Shown: piece by piece, positions 30,615-40,171 of the stretch
How positions within the stretch are numbered: position 1 is the stretch's first letter
Layout: every line of letters begins with the position of its first letter
Origin: Patescibacteria group bacterium
GTDB lineage: Bacteria; Patescibacteriota; Minisyncoccia; Phycocordibacterales; Phycocordibacteraceae
DNA: 64,000 nt
NCBI GenBank assembly: GCA_018971045.1
Contig: JAGWVF010000001.1
Coordinates: 11,480 to 75,479, forward strand
Reading direction: 5' to 3'
Program-made: the position numbers and the translations under genes
Notes under the pieces: model-generated
What the model saw: the letters and a program-made list of their open reading frames with translations, nothing else
Told to the model about the DNA's origin: nothing
Databases searched by the model: none

Positions 30615-31313
30615 TTGCCTATGAGCGCGAATGAGCGGGAGCGTGTTGTCGTGTCAGTAGGAGGTTCCTTAATCGTCCCCGACGGCATTGATACCGGTTT
30701 CCTTTCGCGATTCAAGACGCTCATTCTCGAAAAAGTCCAGCGCGGATTCTCTTTCTCCATAATCGCCGGCGGCGGAAAAACCGCTCGCCGGTACCAAGAG
30801 GCCGCTCATCAGGTCACACCGCTCTCGCGGCACGATCTCGACTGGATCGGCATTCATTCGACCCGCCTCAACGCGCAGCTTCTACGGAATATCTTTGTAG
30901 GATACGCGCATCAGCAGGTCGTCAAAAATCCAACCATCACGATCGAAGCGGATGAACCGATCATTATCGCGGCAGGATGGCAACCCGGGTGCTCCACCGA
31001 CTACGATGCCGTCTTGATGGCGAAAAGCCTCGGCGCGAAGCGTCTCGTGAATCTTTCCAATATCGATTACGTCTACGAGAGCGACCCGCGCAAGTATCCG
31101 GATGCGAAAAAGATCGAAACTATTTCGTGGACGGACTTTCGGAAACTGATACCGGCCGAGTGGGATCCCGGGCTCTCCTCCCCCTTCGACCCCGTCGCCG
31201 CCAAAGAGGCGCAGTCCCTGAATCTTGAAGTCGCGATTATTAACGGCTCAAAGCTCGAAGAATTCTCCCACTATCTCGAAGGCAGACCGTTCGCGGGAAC
31301 GGTCATTTCGTAA
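30615..31313 (+). CDS. pyrH: UMP kinase (archaeal-type amino-acid-kinase fold)
   Basis: VVVSVGGSLI..., ...IIAGGGKTAR...; carbamate/UMP kinase family, 232 aa. Confidence 0.75.
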   Translation: MPMSANERERVVVSVGGSLIVPDGIDTGFLSRFKTLILEKVQRGFSFSIIAGGGKTARRYQEAAHQVTPLSRHDLDWIGIHSTRLNAQLLRNIFVGYAHQQVVKNPTITIEADEPIIIAAGWQPGCSTDYDAVLMAKSLGAKRLVNLSNIDYVYESDPRKYPDAKKIETISWTDFRKLIPAEWDPGLSSPFDPVAAKEAQSLNLEVAIINGSKLEEFSHYLEGRPFAGTVIS

Positions 31314-31322
31314 TTTTAAGCG

Positions 31323-32222
31323 TCATTTCTTCGCGAACCAGTGCGCAATGGGGATGAGAAGCGGCGCGGAACGGCAGATGGAGGAGAAGGTGCCGATCGC
31401 GACGCCGACGAGCATCACGAGCGCGAAATCTCGCGTTGCGGAAGCGCCGAAGTAGATGAGCGCGAGAAGCGCGAGCACCACGGTGAGCGCGGTGTTGATC
31501 GAACGCGTCATCGTCTCGTCGATTGATTTCCCGATCGTCTCCTCGAAGGACTCTTTGAGGTTCATTCTCTCATTGCGCACGAGGTGCTCGCGGATGCGGT
31601 CGAAAATCACGATGATGTCGTTCACGACGTAACCGAGGAGCGCGAGCATCGCGACGATGAAGAGCGAGTCCACTTGAGCGCCGGTGAAGCGGCAGAGCGC
31701 GGCATAGAAGCCCGCAGGGACAATAAGATCAATCGCGAGCATCGCGACGACGGTGAGCCCATACCCCCAGCTCGGCACCGGCCGCGACACCTTGCGAAAG
31801 GCGAAGGCGATGTAGCACACGATGACAAGCACCACCGCGAAAATCGCCCAGAGCGCCTTGTTCGTAAACTGGCTCCCGAGAGCGGGACCAACGGAGGTAT
31901 AGGCAAGCTCCGTCGTCGAGGCCGACTTCGAGACGGCCGCAAGAATGGCGTCGTGTTCCGCCGGCGTGAGCGTGCGCGTGCGAATGCTGACCGCCTTTGC
32001 GCCCGATGCGCGAACCGATGCCGCGCCGACATTCGCGGTCGATACCTGATCCTGAATCGTCGAGAGCGGCGGAACCGTGTTCGCATAGCCGACTTGTAAG
32101 AGAGAGCCGCCCGTAAAATCGATGCCGAGCGGGAGACCCCAGGCGATAAGAGCCCCCACTGCTCCCGCGAGGATAAGGCCGGTGATCCAGAAGAACAGTC
32201 CGCGATGCTGAATAATGTACAT
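31323..32222 (-). CDS. secF: Protein translocase subunit SecF
   Basis: 299 aa; GIDFTGGSLLQVGY..., six TM helices. Confidence 0.9.
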   Translation of the reverse strand: MYIIQHRGLFFWITGLILAGAVGALIAWGLPLGIDFTGGSLLQVGYANTVPPLSTIQDQVSTANVGAASVRASGAKAVSIRTRTLTPAEHDAILAAVSKSASTTELAYTSVGPALGSQFTNKALWAIFAVVLVIVCYIAFAFRKVSRPVPSWGYGLTVVAMLAIDLIVPAGFYAALCRFTGAQVDSLFIVAMLALLGYVVNDIIVIFDRIREHLVRNERMNLKESFEETIGKSIDETMTRSINTALTVVLALLALIYFGASATRDFALVMLVGVAIGTFSSICRSAPLLIPIAHWFAKK

Positions 32223-32226
32223 GGCT

Positions 32227-33540
32227 TTATGAGTTACGCGCGCCCGAGCCCATCAAGAAACTCCAGGGACCGCTCTTTTCCTCGGGGACGATGGCGAGAA
32301 GGAAGACGCGGGAAAGCGACACCGCCGAGATGAAGGAGGCGAACACGCCGAGCACGAAGACGAGCGCGAATCCCTGGACGATCGAGGTGCCGAGCCAGAA
32401 AAGGATCACGCCCGAAATGATCATCGTAAGGTGGCCGTCGCGAATGGCCGGCCACGCGCGACTGAAGCCGATATGCACCGCCTCGCGCGGCTCCTTGCCT
32501 TCGCGAAGCTCCTCTTTCGTGCGTTCAAAAATGAGTACGTTCGCGTCTACTGCCATCCCGACCGAGATAATGAGTCCGGCGATGCCCGAGGCGGTGAGCG
32601 TTACGGGAATCACCTTGATCACCGAAAGCATGAAGGCGAGATACTCCGCGAGCGCGAGCGCAGCGATGACGCCCGGGAGCCGATACCAGGCGATCATGAA
32701 GAGAGCGACGATAGTGAAGCCGATGATTCCCGCAGCGACGCCTGCGGTCATCGCCGCGGCGCCAAGCGTCGGTCCGACCGCCGAACTGCTCTCGAGCGCA
32801 ATCGGGACCGGCAACGCTCCGAAGTTCAGGTTGCGCACCAGATCGCGCGCCTCAGTCGCGGTGAAGCGTCCCGTAATAGTCGCCTGGCCGCCGGGGATCG
32901 GCTCTTGAATAACCGGGGTCGAGATCGGCTGACCGTCTAGGAAAATAGCAAGCGTCTGTCCGACATTCTCGGTCGTGATTTTCTCGAAGAGTTTGGCGCC
33001 TTCGGCGTTAAAATTGAGAATAACCTGCGGCGAGGAGAGGCCGGCGGTCGCGCCAGAGCCGAATCCGAGCGTTGCGCTCGAGAGATAACGGCCGTTCAGT
33101 CCGGTAGGAAGAAAGACCGCCTCCGTAGTAGTACCGACCTTGGTCGTAGTCGCCAGACGGAATTCGAGCGTCGGAGTCTGGCCAAGAGCGGCGACGGCGG
33201 CCTTGATGTCAGTCACGCCGGGAAGATCGACGATGAGACGATCCTCGGTGGTGCCCGAGAGCGCGCTCGCGACCTCCGTCTGAACGAGCGGTTCCGCGAC
33301 TCCGAAGAGGTTGACCCGGCGCTCGATAACGCCCTGCAGTGCGGCGAGCGCGTCTCTGCGCTCGCTCGCGGGAGTCTGGCTCATGTCGGCCTTATAGATG
33401 AGCTCGGTTCCGCCGGCGAGATCGAGTCCGAGCTTAAAGCGGAAGGAACTCTCCGGATTCGCCTCGGTGGCAAAAACAAAATAGGCAAGCAAAAACCCTA
33501 CGATGAGGGCGGCGGCGGCGAACATCCGGTAACGAGTCAT
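32227..33540 (-). CDS. secD: Protein translocase subunit SecD
   Basis: Internal Met MTRYRMFAAAALIVGFLLAYF...LGLDLAGGTELIYKAD...; the track ORF extends upstream through a palindrome. Confidence 0.9.
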   Translation of the reverse strand: MTRYRMFAAAALIVGFLLAYFVFATEANPESSFRFKLGLDLAGGTELIYKADMSQTPASERRDALAALQGVIERRVNLFGVAEPLVQTEVASALSGTTEDRLIVDLPGVTDIKAAVAALGQTPTLEFRLATTTKVGTTTEAVFLPTGLNGRYLSSATLGFGSGATAGLSSPQVILNFNAEGAKLFEKITTENVGQTLAIFLDGQPISTPVIQEPIPGGQATITGRFTATEARDLVRNLNFGALPVPIALESSSAVGPTLGAAAMTAGVAAGIIGFTIVALFMIAWYRLPGVIAALALAEYLAFMLSVIKVIPVTLTASGIAGLIISVGMAVDANVLIFERTKEELREGKEPREAVHIGFSRAWPAIRDGHLTMIISGVILFWLGTSIVQGFALVFVLGVFASFISAVSLSRVFLLAIVPEEKSGPWSFLMGSGARNS

Positions 33541-33611
33541 GCGGCTGAGTATACCGCATAAAAAATAAAACGCAGGTCTTGTATTATAAAAAATATATCT
33601 CCTAATTAAGA

Positions 33612-33635
33612 CACGCACCCGATATCGGGTGCGTG
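33612..33635. terminator. Perfect 24-nt palindrome (CACGCACCCGATATCGGGTGCGTG) between the hypothetical gene and secD
   Basis: 10-bp stem with 4-nt loop; A/T-rich sequence downstream on the minus strand. Confidence 0.45.
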
Positions 33636-33638
33636 AAA

Positions 33639-34064
33639 TCAGCTGCGCCAAACAATCGCGACGTCACGGAGTCCAAAGCGATTCCCTCCCCAATGCAGGC
33701 CTTTGACGAGGCGGTTGCTCAACACTTCAACGTACTCGAAGTACGAATGATTCGTGCGGTCTCGGAAAATGGTTCCTGCCGCCAGAATACGCTTGCCGTT
33801 CCACTCGGAATACGGAAAGGAAAGCGGGTGCTCGAAGAGCCATTCGACGAGAACGGCTCCGAGCGGCCGCCTACGCTTGACGAGCGCGTTCTGGAACTCA
33901 CACATCTCAACTTCAGCGCAAATTTGGCCCGGATGCTGGAATAGGCGAAGCTCGTCTTTATTCCATTTCCAAGGGTGAGAAAGAATGTTCTGGAATATCC
34001 GATATCCTTCCGGACAATCTGGTTTCCTATCCAGGTAGACCATTTCTTCCATGGAAACCTCCAT
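33639..34064 (-). CDS. Hypothetical Trp-rich ~140-aa protein (start uncertain)
   Basis: The ORF continues a tightly packed minus-strand operon (folD - this - secD). MEVSMEEMVYLDRKPDCPEGYRIFQNILSHPWKWNKDELRLF...; no family recognised. The upstream part of track ORF 33639..34304 overlaps folD. Confidence 0.4.
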   Translation of the reverse strand: MEVSMEEMVYLDRKPDCPEGYRIFQNILSHPWKWNKDELRLFQHPGQICAEVEMCEFQNALVKRRRPLGAVLVEWLFEHPLSFPYSEWNGKRILAAGTIFRDRTNHSYFEYVEVLSNRLVKGLHWGGNRFGLRDVAIVWRS

Positions 34065-34131
34065 TGTTAACGACTGGTAACGGCTATCCGCTACCAATAG
34101 CATAGTGTAGATGTGAAAATCGAGAGCGCAA

Positions 34132-34956
34132 TCAGCGTGAGTGCATAGCCAACTCGACAAGCGTAACAGCATTCTCAAAAAGTTTCGCCACGGCCACGGG
34201 GCCGATGCCTCCCGGGACCGGCGTGAAGAGCGAGCACTTCGCGGCGCACGCGGGATCGGCGTCGCCCACAATCGCTCCGCCCGATTCTGACGTTCCGGCA
34301 TCAATCAGCACCACACCGTCTTTAATCATACCGTGCGTGATGAGGCGCGGAGATCCCGCGCCTGAAACGATGAGATCAGCCGCCGCGAGCGCCGAGCGCA
34401 AGCCGCCTGATTCACGCGTTACGATCACGACCTCGGCACCCTGCTCTTTAAGCCACGCCGCCACCGGCGCGCCGACGAGATACCCGGCTCCGACCACGAC
34501 GGTCTTCTTCCCTTTCGCATTCACGCGATATGTCTCAAAAATTTCTTGCACCGCCCCCACCACGGGCGGCACTACATGTGGGTTTCGTAAATCCACATTT
34601 CGAGCTCGTGCAGATGCGGAAAGTACATCGGTATCCTTCTCTACCGGAATCGCGTCACATACGGCGTGAGTATCAATTGAATCCGGGAGCGGGAGCTGCA
34701 CGATAATCGCATCCGCCGTGAGCGCCTTGATTACCGCGATTAGTTCGTCGGTCGTACTATCGCTTCCGAGACGCACGACTTCGAGCGCGCACCCGGCTTC
34801 GGCTGCGCGATTGCTCTTAATGCTCATATAGGACTCGGTCGCTGGTGTTGGATTCGCGACGAGCGCCGCGACTTTCGGCGCGTGATCGAGCAGTTCGACA
34901 CGCGCTTTGGTGCGCTCGAGTACTGCTCTTGCGAGCGCACGACCGTCGATAATCAT
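34132..34956 (-). CDS. folD: Bifunctional 5,10-methylene-THF dehydrogenase/cyclohydrolase
   Basis: 274 aa; MIIDGRALARAV..., ...VQLPLP..., ...GAGYLVGAPVA... Confidence 0.9.
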   Translation of the reverse strand: MIIDGRALARAVLERTKARVELLDHAPKVAALVANPTPATESYMSIKSNRAAEAGCALEVVRLGSDSTTDELIAVIKALTADAIIVQLPLPDSIDTHAVCDAIPVEKDTDVLSASARARNVDLRNPHVVPPVVGAVQEIFETYRVNAKGKKTVVVGAGYLVGAPVAAWLKEQGAEVVIVTRESGGLRSALAAADLIVSGAGSPRLITHGMIKDGVVLIDAGTSESGGAIVGDADPACAAKCSLFTPVPGGIGPVAVAKLFENAVTLVELAMHSR

Positions 34957-36290
34957 GTTCCAGAGAACGAAACGAGGGCGCGCAGCGTCTTCAGTGTAAT
35001 CGCGAGGTCGAGCCCGGGCGAGCGGTGGCGCAGATAGTAGAGATCGAAGGAGAGCTTGCGGCGGGTGCGCGCGACATCCGCCGAGCCGCGCGGCGCGTCA
35101 TAATCGTGGATCTGCGCCCAGCCTGAGAGTCCGGGAGCGATCAGGTGGCGCATGTGATACTGAGGAATCTCGCGCTCATACACCTTGACGAGACCGGGGA
35201 GTTCGGGGCGCGGACCGATAAAAGAAAGATCGCCGACCAGAATGTTCCAGAGCTGAGGGAGTTCGTCGATACGCGTCTTGCGCAAGAGGCGTCCGAGCGC
35301 GGTCACGCGATTCCGCTTCTGCAATTCCGGATGCCCTTGATCGTTAAAGAGCATGGAGCGCAATTTAAGGATGCGGAAGACGCGCCCTCCCCGACCGATG
35401 CGCTCATTCGCGATAAACGGCGTACCGCCGGTAAGCGCGAGGGCGAGAGCGGCAAGCGCGACAAAGGGAACCGCGATGATGAGGAGCGCGAGAGCGAGCA
35501 ATATATCGCACAGACGTTTTGCCGCGTCATACACGGTGCGGCGGCGCGAGAGCGATTCCAAAAGCTGTCCGGCATCAAGATGCTCGAGCGGTACCCGGTC
35601 AAATATTTCTTCATAGAGCGAAGCAAAAGTGATAACTTTCACGTCGCTCACCATAAGCTCATAGAGCTGAGAGAGTTCGCGTGCGACAATCTGGTCGGAG
35701 AGATCAATCACCACGAGACGCACTCCCGTTCCCGCCGCGGCGGTAATGGCCGCCCGTACGCCGCCCTCAGCAAGATTCGTCGTCTCCTGATGCGCGCCGA
35801 AATGAATGAGGAGCTGATCATTGTTATTCACTTCGTCATAGAGTTCCCGCGCCGCCGTCCCCGATCCGATAAGCAGTGCGGGCTCGCGCTGACTCAGCTT
35901 TATCTCGCGGCGCATGCGATAGAAGCGCCAGAGACTCTCCGAAACGACCGAGACGATGAGATACAGCAGAAGAATCGTTTTCGGCGCGATCGAGAGCGGA
36001 AGAACGAAAAAAAGGATCGCCGCAACGCTCACCGTCGCCGCCTGCGCGCCGAGAATACGCACGCCCATCACTCGGCGGATCGGACGCGTCTGCTTCTCGT
36101 ACAGGCCGGCAATATAGAAAACCGTGAGAGAAAGCAGAAACATCGGCGCAAACGGAATAAAATTTGTCTGAAAGTAACCCCACGAGGGTACGGTAAGGTT
36201 CCGAAGAACAATGGCCGTCCAGAGCGAAAACGCCAAAATAAGGAAATCCCCGATAAGCAGGATCGCCGTTTCGCGGCGGCTGAAGACCAT
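34953..36290 (-). CDS. Undecaprenyl-phosphate sugar phosphotransferase (WbaP/bacterial sugar transferase family)
   Basis: N-terminal TM bundle, C-terminal KRLCDILLALALLIIAVPFV...RPELPGLVK...PGLSGWAQI catalytic domain. Confidence 0.85.
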   Translation of the reverse strand: MVFSRRETAILLIGDFLILAFSLWTAIVLRNLTVPSWGYFQTNFIPFAPMFLLSLTVFYIAGLYEKQTRPIRRVMGVRILGAQAATVSVAAILFFVLPLSIAPKTILLLYLIVSVVSESLWRFYRMRREIKLSQREPALLIGSGTAARELYDEVNNNDQLLIHFGAHQETTNLAEGGVRAAITAAAGTGVRLVVIDLSDQIVARELSQLYELMVSDVKVITFASLYEEIFDRVPLEHLDAGQLLESLSRRRTVYDAAKRLCDILLALALLIIAVPFVALAALALALTGGTPFIANERIGRGGRVFRILKLRSMLFNDQGHPELQKRNRVTALGRLLRKTRIDELPQLWNILVGDLSFIGPRPELPGLVKVYEREIPQYHMRHLIAPGLSGWAQIHDYDAPRGSADVARTRRKLSFDLYYLRHRSPGLDLAITLKTLRALVSFSGT

Positions 36291-36333
36291 GTGTAGATAC
36301 TATACCGTGGAATAGTATTGTACAGTTTCATCC

Positions 36334-37323
36334 ATGACCGGCATTCGAGATAAAAAGATACTATTGGTGATCACCAAATCCAACTGGGGCGGCGCGCAAC
36401 GCTATGTGTACGATCTCGCAACGGCTCTGTCGAGAAAAGAATGCACGGTCGGCGTCGCCTTTGGACAGCCCGGGCGCCTCGCTGAGGAGCTCGAGCGCGC
36501 GGGAATGACGACGTATCCGATACGATCGCTACAGCGCGATATCTCTCTCGCCGCTGATGTGCGCAGTTTTTTTGAACTCCTCTGCCTCTTCCGTATTCAA
36601 AAACCGGACGTGGTGCACGTGAATTCATCAAAAGCCGCCGGGGTCGGCGCGCTTGCCGCGCGCATCGTCCGCGTCCCGCGAATCATCTTCACTGTCCACG
36701 GCTGGCCGTTTATGGAAAAAAGAAATCCGGTCTGGCGCGCGTTCGCCTATCTCGGATCGTGGATAAGCGCGCTCCTCGCGCATACCGTCATCGTCGTTTC
36801 AAAAAATGATTTGCGGATTGGGAAGCGCTTGCCCTTTTGCGTCCGTAAGATGCGCCTCATTTATAACGGCGTCGATCTGAACCCGCAGCTTGATTCAGGC
36901 GAGCGTATTCGTTCCGCATTTCCCCGAGGCGCGCGTATCACCGGCTCCATCGGCGAATTGACGCACAATAAGAACCAGATCGCGCTCATCGAACAGGCTC
37001 GCGCCGATCCTCTTCTGCACCTTGCCATCGTCGGCGAAGGAGAAGAGCGTGCGCATTTGGAAGCAAAAATCAAAGCCTACGGCCTGGAGAATCGCGTGAA
37101 GCTTTTTGGTTTTCTGCCGGCAAATGAGGTGTTGCGCGGATTCGACGTATTCGCTCTCCCCTCTCTTAAAGAGGGTCTGCCCTATGTACTGCTTGAAGCG
37201 AGAGCGGCCGGCCTCCCGATCGTGGCGAATCGGGTCGGCGGCGTGGGAGAAATACTCGATGCGAAAGACATGGGGGATTTCTCGCTCGAACGCATGGTGC
37301 GAGAGACGATAAAGCTGTACTAG
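36334..37323 (+). CDS. Glycosyltransferase family 4 (GT-B, group 1)
   Basis: 329 aa; ...GGAQRYVYDLATAL..., C-terminal EGLPYVLLEARAAGLPIVA (E-x7-E-like motif). Confidence 0.85.
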   Translation: MTGIRDKKILLVITKSNWGGAQRYVYDLATALSRKECTVGVAFGQPGRLAEELERAGMTTYPIRSLQRDISLAADVRSFFELLCLFRIQKPDVVHVNSSKAAGVGALAARIVRVPRIIFTVHGWPFMEKRNPVWRAFAYLGSWISALLAHTVIVVSKNDLRIGKRLPFCVRKMRLIYNGVDLNPQLDSGERIRSAFPRGARITGSIGELTHNKNQIALIEQARADPLLHLAIVGEGEERAHLEAKIKAYGLENRVKLFGFLPANEVLRGFDVFALPSLKEGLPYVLLEARAAGLPIVANRVGGVGEILDAKDMGDFSLERMVRETIKLY

Positions 37324-38447
37324 CCGCCCTCGTATTCGTTCGCGCTCAAATCGCGCGAACCGCGCCCGTGCCGCGCGAGCGATGTCACGATGCCGAGCGC
37401 GGAAAATTCAAGCACGAGATGCGATCCGCCGGAGCTCATGAACGGTATCGTCTGGCCCGTTACCGGCAGGAGCCCGAGGCTGATGCCAACGTGTATCGCG
37501 ATATGCGCGGCAAAAAGGATCAGCACTCCGAGCGTGAAGAAGGCGTCAAAGTTGGTCGCCGATTCGCGTGCGATCTGCGCCAGCCGCGCGAGAAAAAGAC
37601 CGTAGACCGCAAGAAGGATCACGACGCCGGCGAACCCCCACTCTTCTGCGAAAGCGGCGAACATGAAGTCGGTCTGATACTCCGGGAGAAACCGGAGCTT
37701 AGACTGCGTTCCGTATCCGATGCCTTTACCAAAGAGCTCGCCTGATCCGACGGCTATTTGTGCCTGATAGGCATTATACCCCGAGCCATGGATATCTCCT
37801 GCCGGGTTTATAAAGGAAATAATGCGCGCGCGCTGATACGGCTTCAACCCCTCGAACCACAGGAGCGACGCGATGATGAGCGCGAGGCCTCCGAGCAAGA
37901 GGAGATGCCGCTTTGAGATGCCGGAGACGAGCATCATCCCGAGCCAGAGCGTGCAGAAGATGATGGCATTCCCCATATCCGGCTCGACCACGATAAGGAG
38001 CGTGAGCGCGAGCGTGTAGGCGCCCGATACGAGAATGTGCCGGTAATCGCCGATTTCGACGTGGCGGCGGGATAAATATTTGGCGAGAAGCACGATGATG
38101 GCGAGTTTCGCAAGATCGGCCGGCTGAAAGGAGACCGGCCCGAGCGAGAACCACGCGCGCGCGCCCATGACCGGATGCGCCGCAACCAAGAGGAGTGCGA
38201 GTAGAAAAGCCGAGGAAATATACAGCGCCATCACCGCCGGCGTGCGGCGGATAAAATGCATATCGATTCTCGAGAGCGCCAGATAAATCACGAGCGATAC
38301 GCCCACCCACAACAACTGACGCGGAGCCAAGGATGCCCCCTGTCCGAACGTGCTCATCGTGAGCACTCCGAGAAGCGAGAGCGAGAGCGCAGGAATCAGC
38401 AGCGTCCAATCAAAGAACTGCGAGGCAGAGGCGCGTCTCGGAAACAT
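37320..38447 (-). CDS. SEDS-family peptidoglycan polymerase FtsW/RodA
   Basis: 375 aa, ~10 TM helices; ...GSGYNAYQAQIAVGSGELFGKGIGYGTQS...PEYQTDFMFAAFAEEWG... Confidence 0.85.
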   Translation of the reverse strand: MFPRRASASQFFDWTLLIPALSLSLLGVLTMSTFGQGASLAPRQLLWVGVSLVIYLALSRIDMHFIRRTPAVMALYISSAFLLALLLVAAHPVMGARAWFSLGPVSFQPADLAKLAIIVLLAKYLSRRHVEIGDYRHILVSGAYTLALTLLIVVEPDMGNAIIFCTLWLGMMLVSGISKRHLLLLGGLALIIASLLWFEGLKPYQRARIISFINPAGDIHGSGYNAYQAQIAVGSGELFGKGIGYGTQSKLRFLPEYQTDFMFAAFAEEWGFAGVVILLAVYGLFLARLAQIARESATNFDAFFTLGVLILFAAHIAIHVGISLGLLPVTGQTIPFMSSGGSHLVLEFSALGIVTSLARHGRGSRDLSANEYEGG

Positions 38448-38458
38448 ACCTGCGATCC

Positions 38459-39238
38459 CTACGATCCCGCCGATACCGGCAAAGGAATGATGGGGACAAC
38501 TTCAATTCTCGTCGGCGCCCCAACAAAAGGGCCGTTCCAGGTATACATCATCGTTGCCGAATCTTGGCCGGGGATTACGGGGATTACGGTCGACGAAGCG
38601 CCGATGATCGTTCCTTGCGGGTTATACACCATCACCACCGCTTGCACATTGGAAAGAGCGGTTGCGGACGGATTCGAGAGTGTCGCTTGAATGCGCGGCG
38701 CATTCATCGTTCCGCCGAGCCGGATGCCGGAAACCTTCGGCACGATGCGCGGATCGGGAGAGAGCGTGAACCATTTCGGCGCAGTCGGATCGATCTCAAG
38801 AAACGCATTCTTGACTGACTGTTGCGACGCCGCGACGCCGGGAATATAGACGGGCACCACGGTTGCGGGCGGCAAGTCGATCGAGCCCGCCATCTCGCGC
38901 AGGAGCGCCTGATTCGCGCCGTAAACGCGAACGCGGTACGGCACAGTTCGAGCCGCCGCCGTTACATTTTTATTTTCGACCGAGGCGACGAGGTCAACGC
39001 GTCCGGATCCATTATCCACCGTCTGAGTGAAAAGGACGGTTGGCGCGAGTTGCTGATCCGTACAGAGGTAGGGGCAGGGACCGCCGCAGTCGATGCCGGT
39101 CTCGCCCTGATTCTGCACGCCGTCAACGCACGAGGCCGTCTGGTAGGCAACCGAAATGAGAATGACCGCGCCAAAGGCGATCGCAAGCAGAGCGAGAATA
39201 ATGAGCACGACCACTCGTCGCCGTGTTGCCCAAGACAT
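38459..39238 (-). CDS. Membrane-anchored Cys-motif protein (hypothetical)
   Basis: N-terminal TM, CVDGVQNQGETGIDCGGPCPYLC, then a beta-rich domain; 259 aa. Confidence 0.5.
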   Translation of the reverse strand: MSWATRRRVVVLIILALLAIAFGAVILISVAYQTASCVDGVQNQGETGIDCGGPCPYLCTDQQLAPTVLFTQTVDNGSGRVDLVASVENKNVTAAARTVPYRVRVYGANQALLREMAGSIDLPPATVVPVYIPGVAASQQSVKNAFLEIDPTAPKWFTLSPDPRIVPKVSGIRLGGTMNAPRIQATLSNPSATALSNVQAVVMVYNPQGTIIGASSTVIPVIPGQDSATMMYTWNGPFVGAPTRIEVVPIIPLPVSAGS

Positions 39239-39285
39239 TGAACACAGTATAGCAAACGCCGCGCAGGAGACCTGCGCGGCGGAAA

Positions 39286-39361
39286 TGGTCGGGGTGGCTG
39301 GATTTGAACCAGCGACCTCTCACTGGTAGTGAGCGCGCTACCGGACTGCGCTACACCCACG
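39286..39361 (-). tRNA. Noncanonical tRNA-like element downstream of 5S (Pro/Trp-like D and T arms, CCA encoded, irregular acceptor and anticodon arms)
   Basis: D arm GCGC-AGUCCGGUA-GCGC; T arm GCUGG-UUCAAAU-CCAGC; 3' ...CACCCCG-A-CCA. The acceptor needs a bulged U or has 1-72/2-71 mismatches. The anticodon arm folds as a 5-bp stem with a 5-nt loop (UACCA), or a 4-bp stem with loop CUACCAG (anticodon ACC), or an A.A-mismatched stem with loop UACCAGU (anticodon CCA). Confidence 0.4.
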
Positions 39362-39410
39362 AAATGAGGCAACAAAATAAGATGTAATCGTTATAAGTTC
39401 GAGCATTCTG

Positions 39411-39525
39411 TTCTGGCGGCTAGCTACTCTCCCAGTCTGGAACGACTAGTACCATCGCCGCTAGGAGGCTTAACTTCCGTGTTCGGAATGAGAACGGGTG
39501 TGACCCTCCCGCCAAACCACCAGAA
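39411..39525 (-). rRNA. rrf: 5S rRNA
   Basis: ...CCGAACACGGAAGTTAAGC... loop C motif. Helix I pairs UUCUGGUGG with CCGCCAGAA. Flanked by the 16-bp inverted repeat GAGCATTCTGTTCTGG/CCAGAACAGAATGCTC (processing stem). Confidence 0.85.
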
Positions 39526-39895
39526 CAGAATGCTCGAACGTATATATAAACGAATACGATTGGCAATGAATATCGTGATATGCAGGATTCCGCACGAGAG
39601 ACTGGACTTATTAGTACTCCTCGGCTCCATACCTTGCGGTACTTCCACCTAGAGCCTATCAACGTGGTCATCTCCCACGAGTCTCATAACGATTCCTAAT
39701 CTTGGGGCCCGTTTCCCGCTTATATGCTTTCAGCGGTTATCGGAACCCGACATAGCTACTCGGCGGTGCCGCTGGCGCGACAGCCGATAGACCAGAGGTC
39801 AGTTCATCCCGGTCCTCTCGTACTAGGGACAAACCCCCTCAAGAATCAACGCCTGTAGTAGATAGGAGACCAACCTGTCTCACGCATCTCGTTAA

Positions 39896-40171
39896 CTCCG
39901 ATTACTCGGAGGATCGGACTCTATCTTCACCCGGTCTGGGTGATCAACGTGTAGTCTCTCGGGGCGCGCTTTCACGCTTCCCTCGGTATTGCCCTCGCAT
40001 ACACAATGCGGTCGGGTTTTACCGATATCAGTTGATTTGCTCCGCGCGCATCCCTGCGCGCGACCGCCGTGAGTATGTCTTGCGCACACTGCGTCTCCAC
40101 GCAGCTAACAATTGCCTCGTGGGTTCAAACCGTTCAATGACCGATTTCGCAGTCAGTCGCTGAACGGTTTG
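39896..40171 (-). mobile_element. ORF-less group I intron in 23S near E. coli position 2585/2586 (peptidyl-transferase loop)
   Basis: Interrupts GGTACGCGAGCTGGGTT | ... | (T)AACGAGATGCGTGAGACAG. The 5' exon ends in U, paired with G of an internal guide (TGAACGGTTTGAACCC). R-like GAGAGACUACACG and S element AAGAUAGAGUCC are present, and the intron ends in G. Confidence 0.65.

Noticed and set aside
35145-36296. 383-aa plus-strand ORF
   Set aside because: Antisense to the WbaP-like sugar transferase; basic low-complexity translation.
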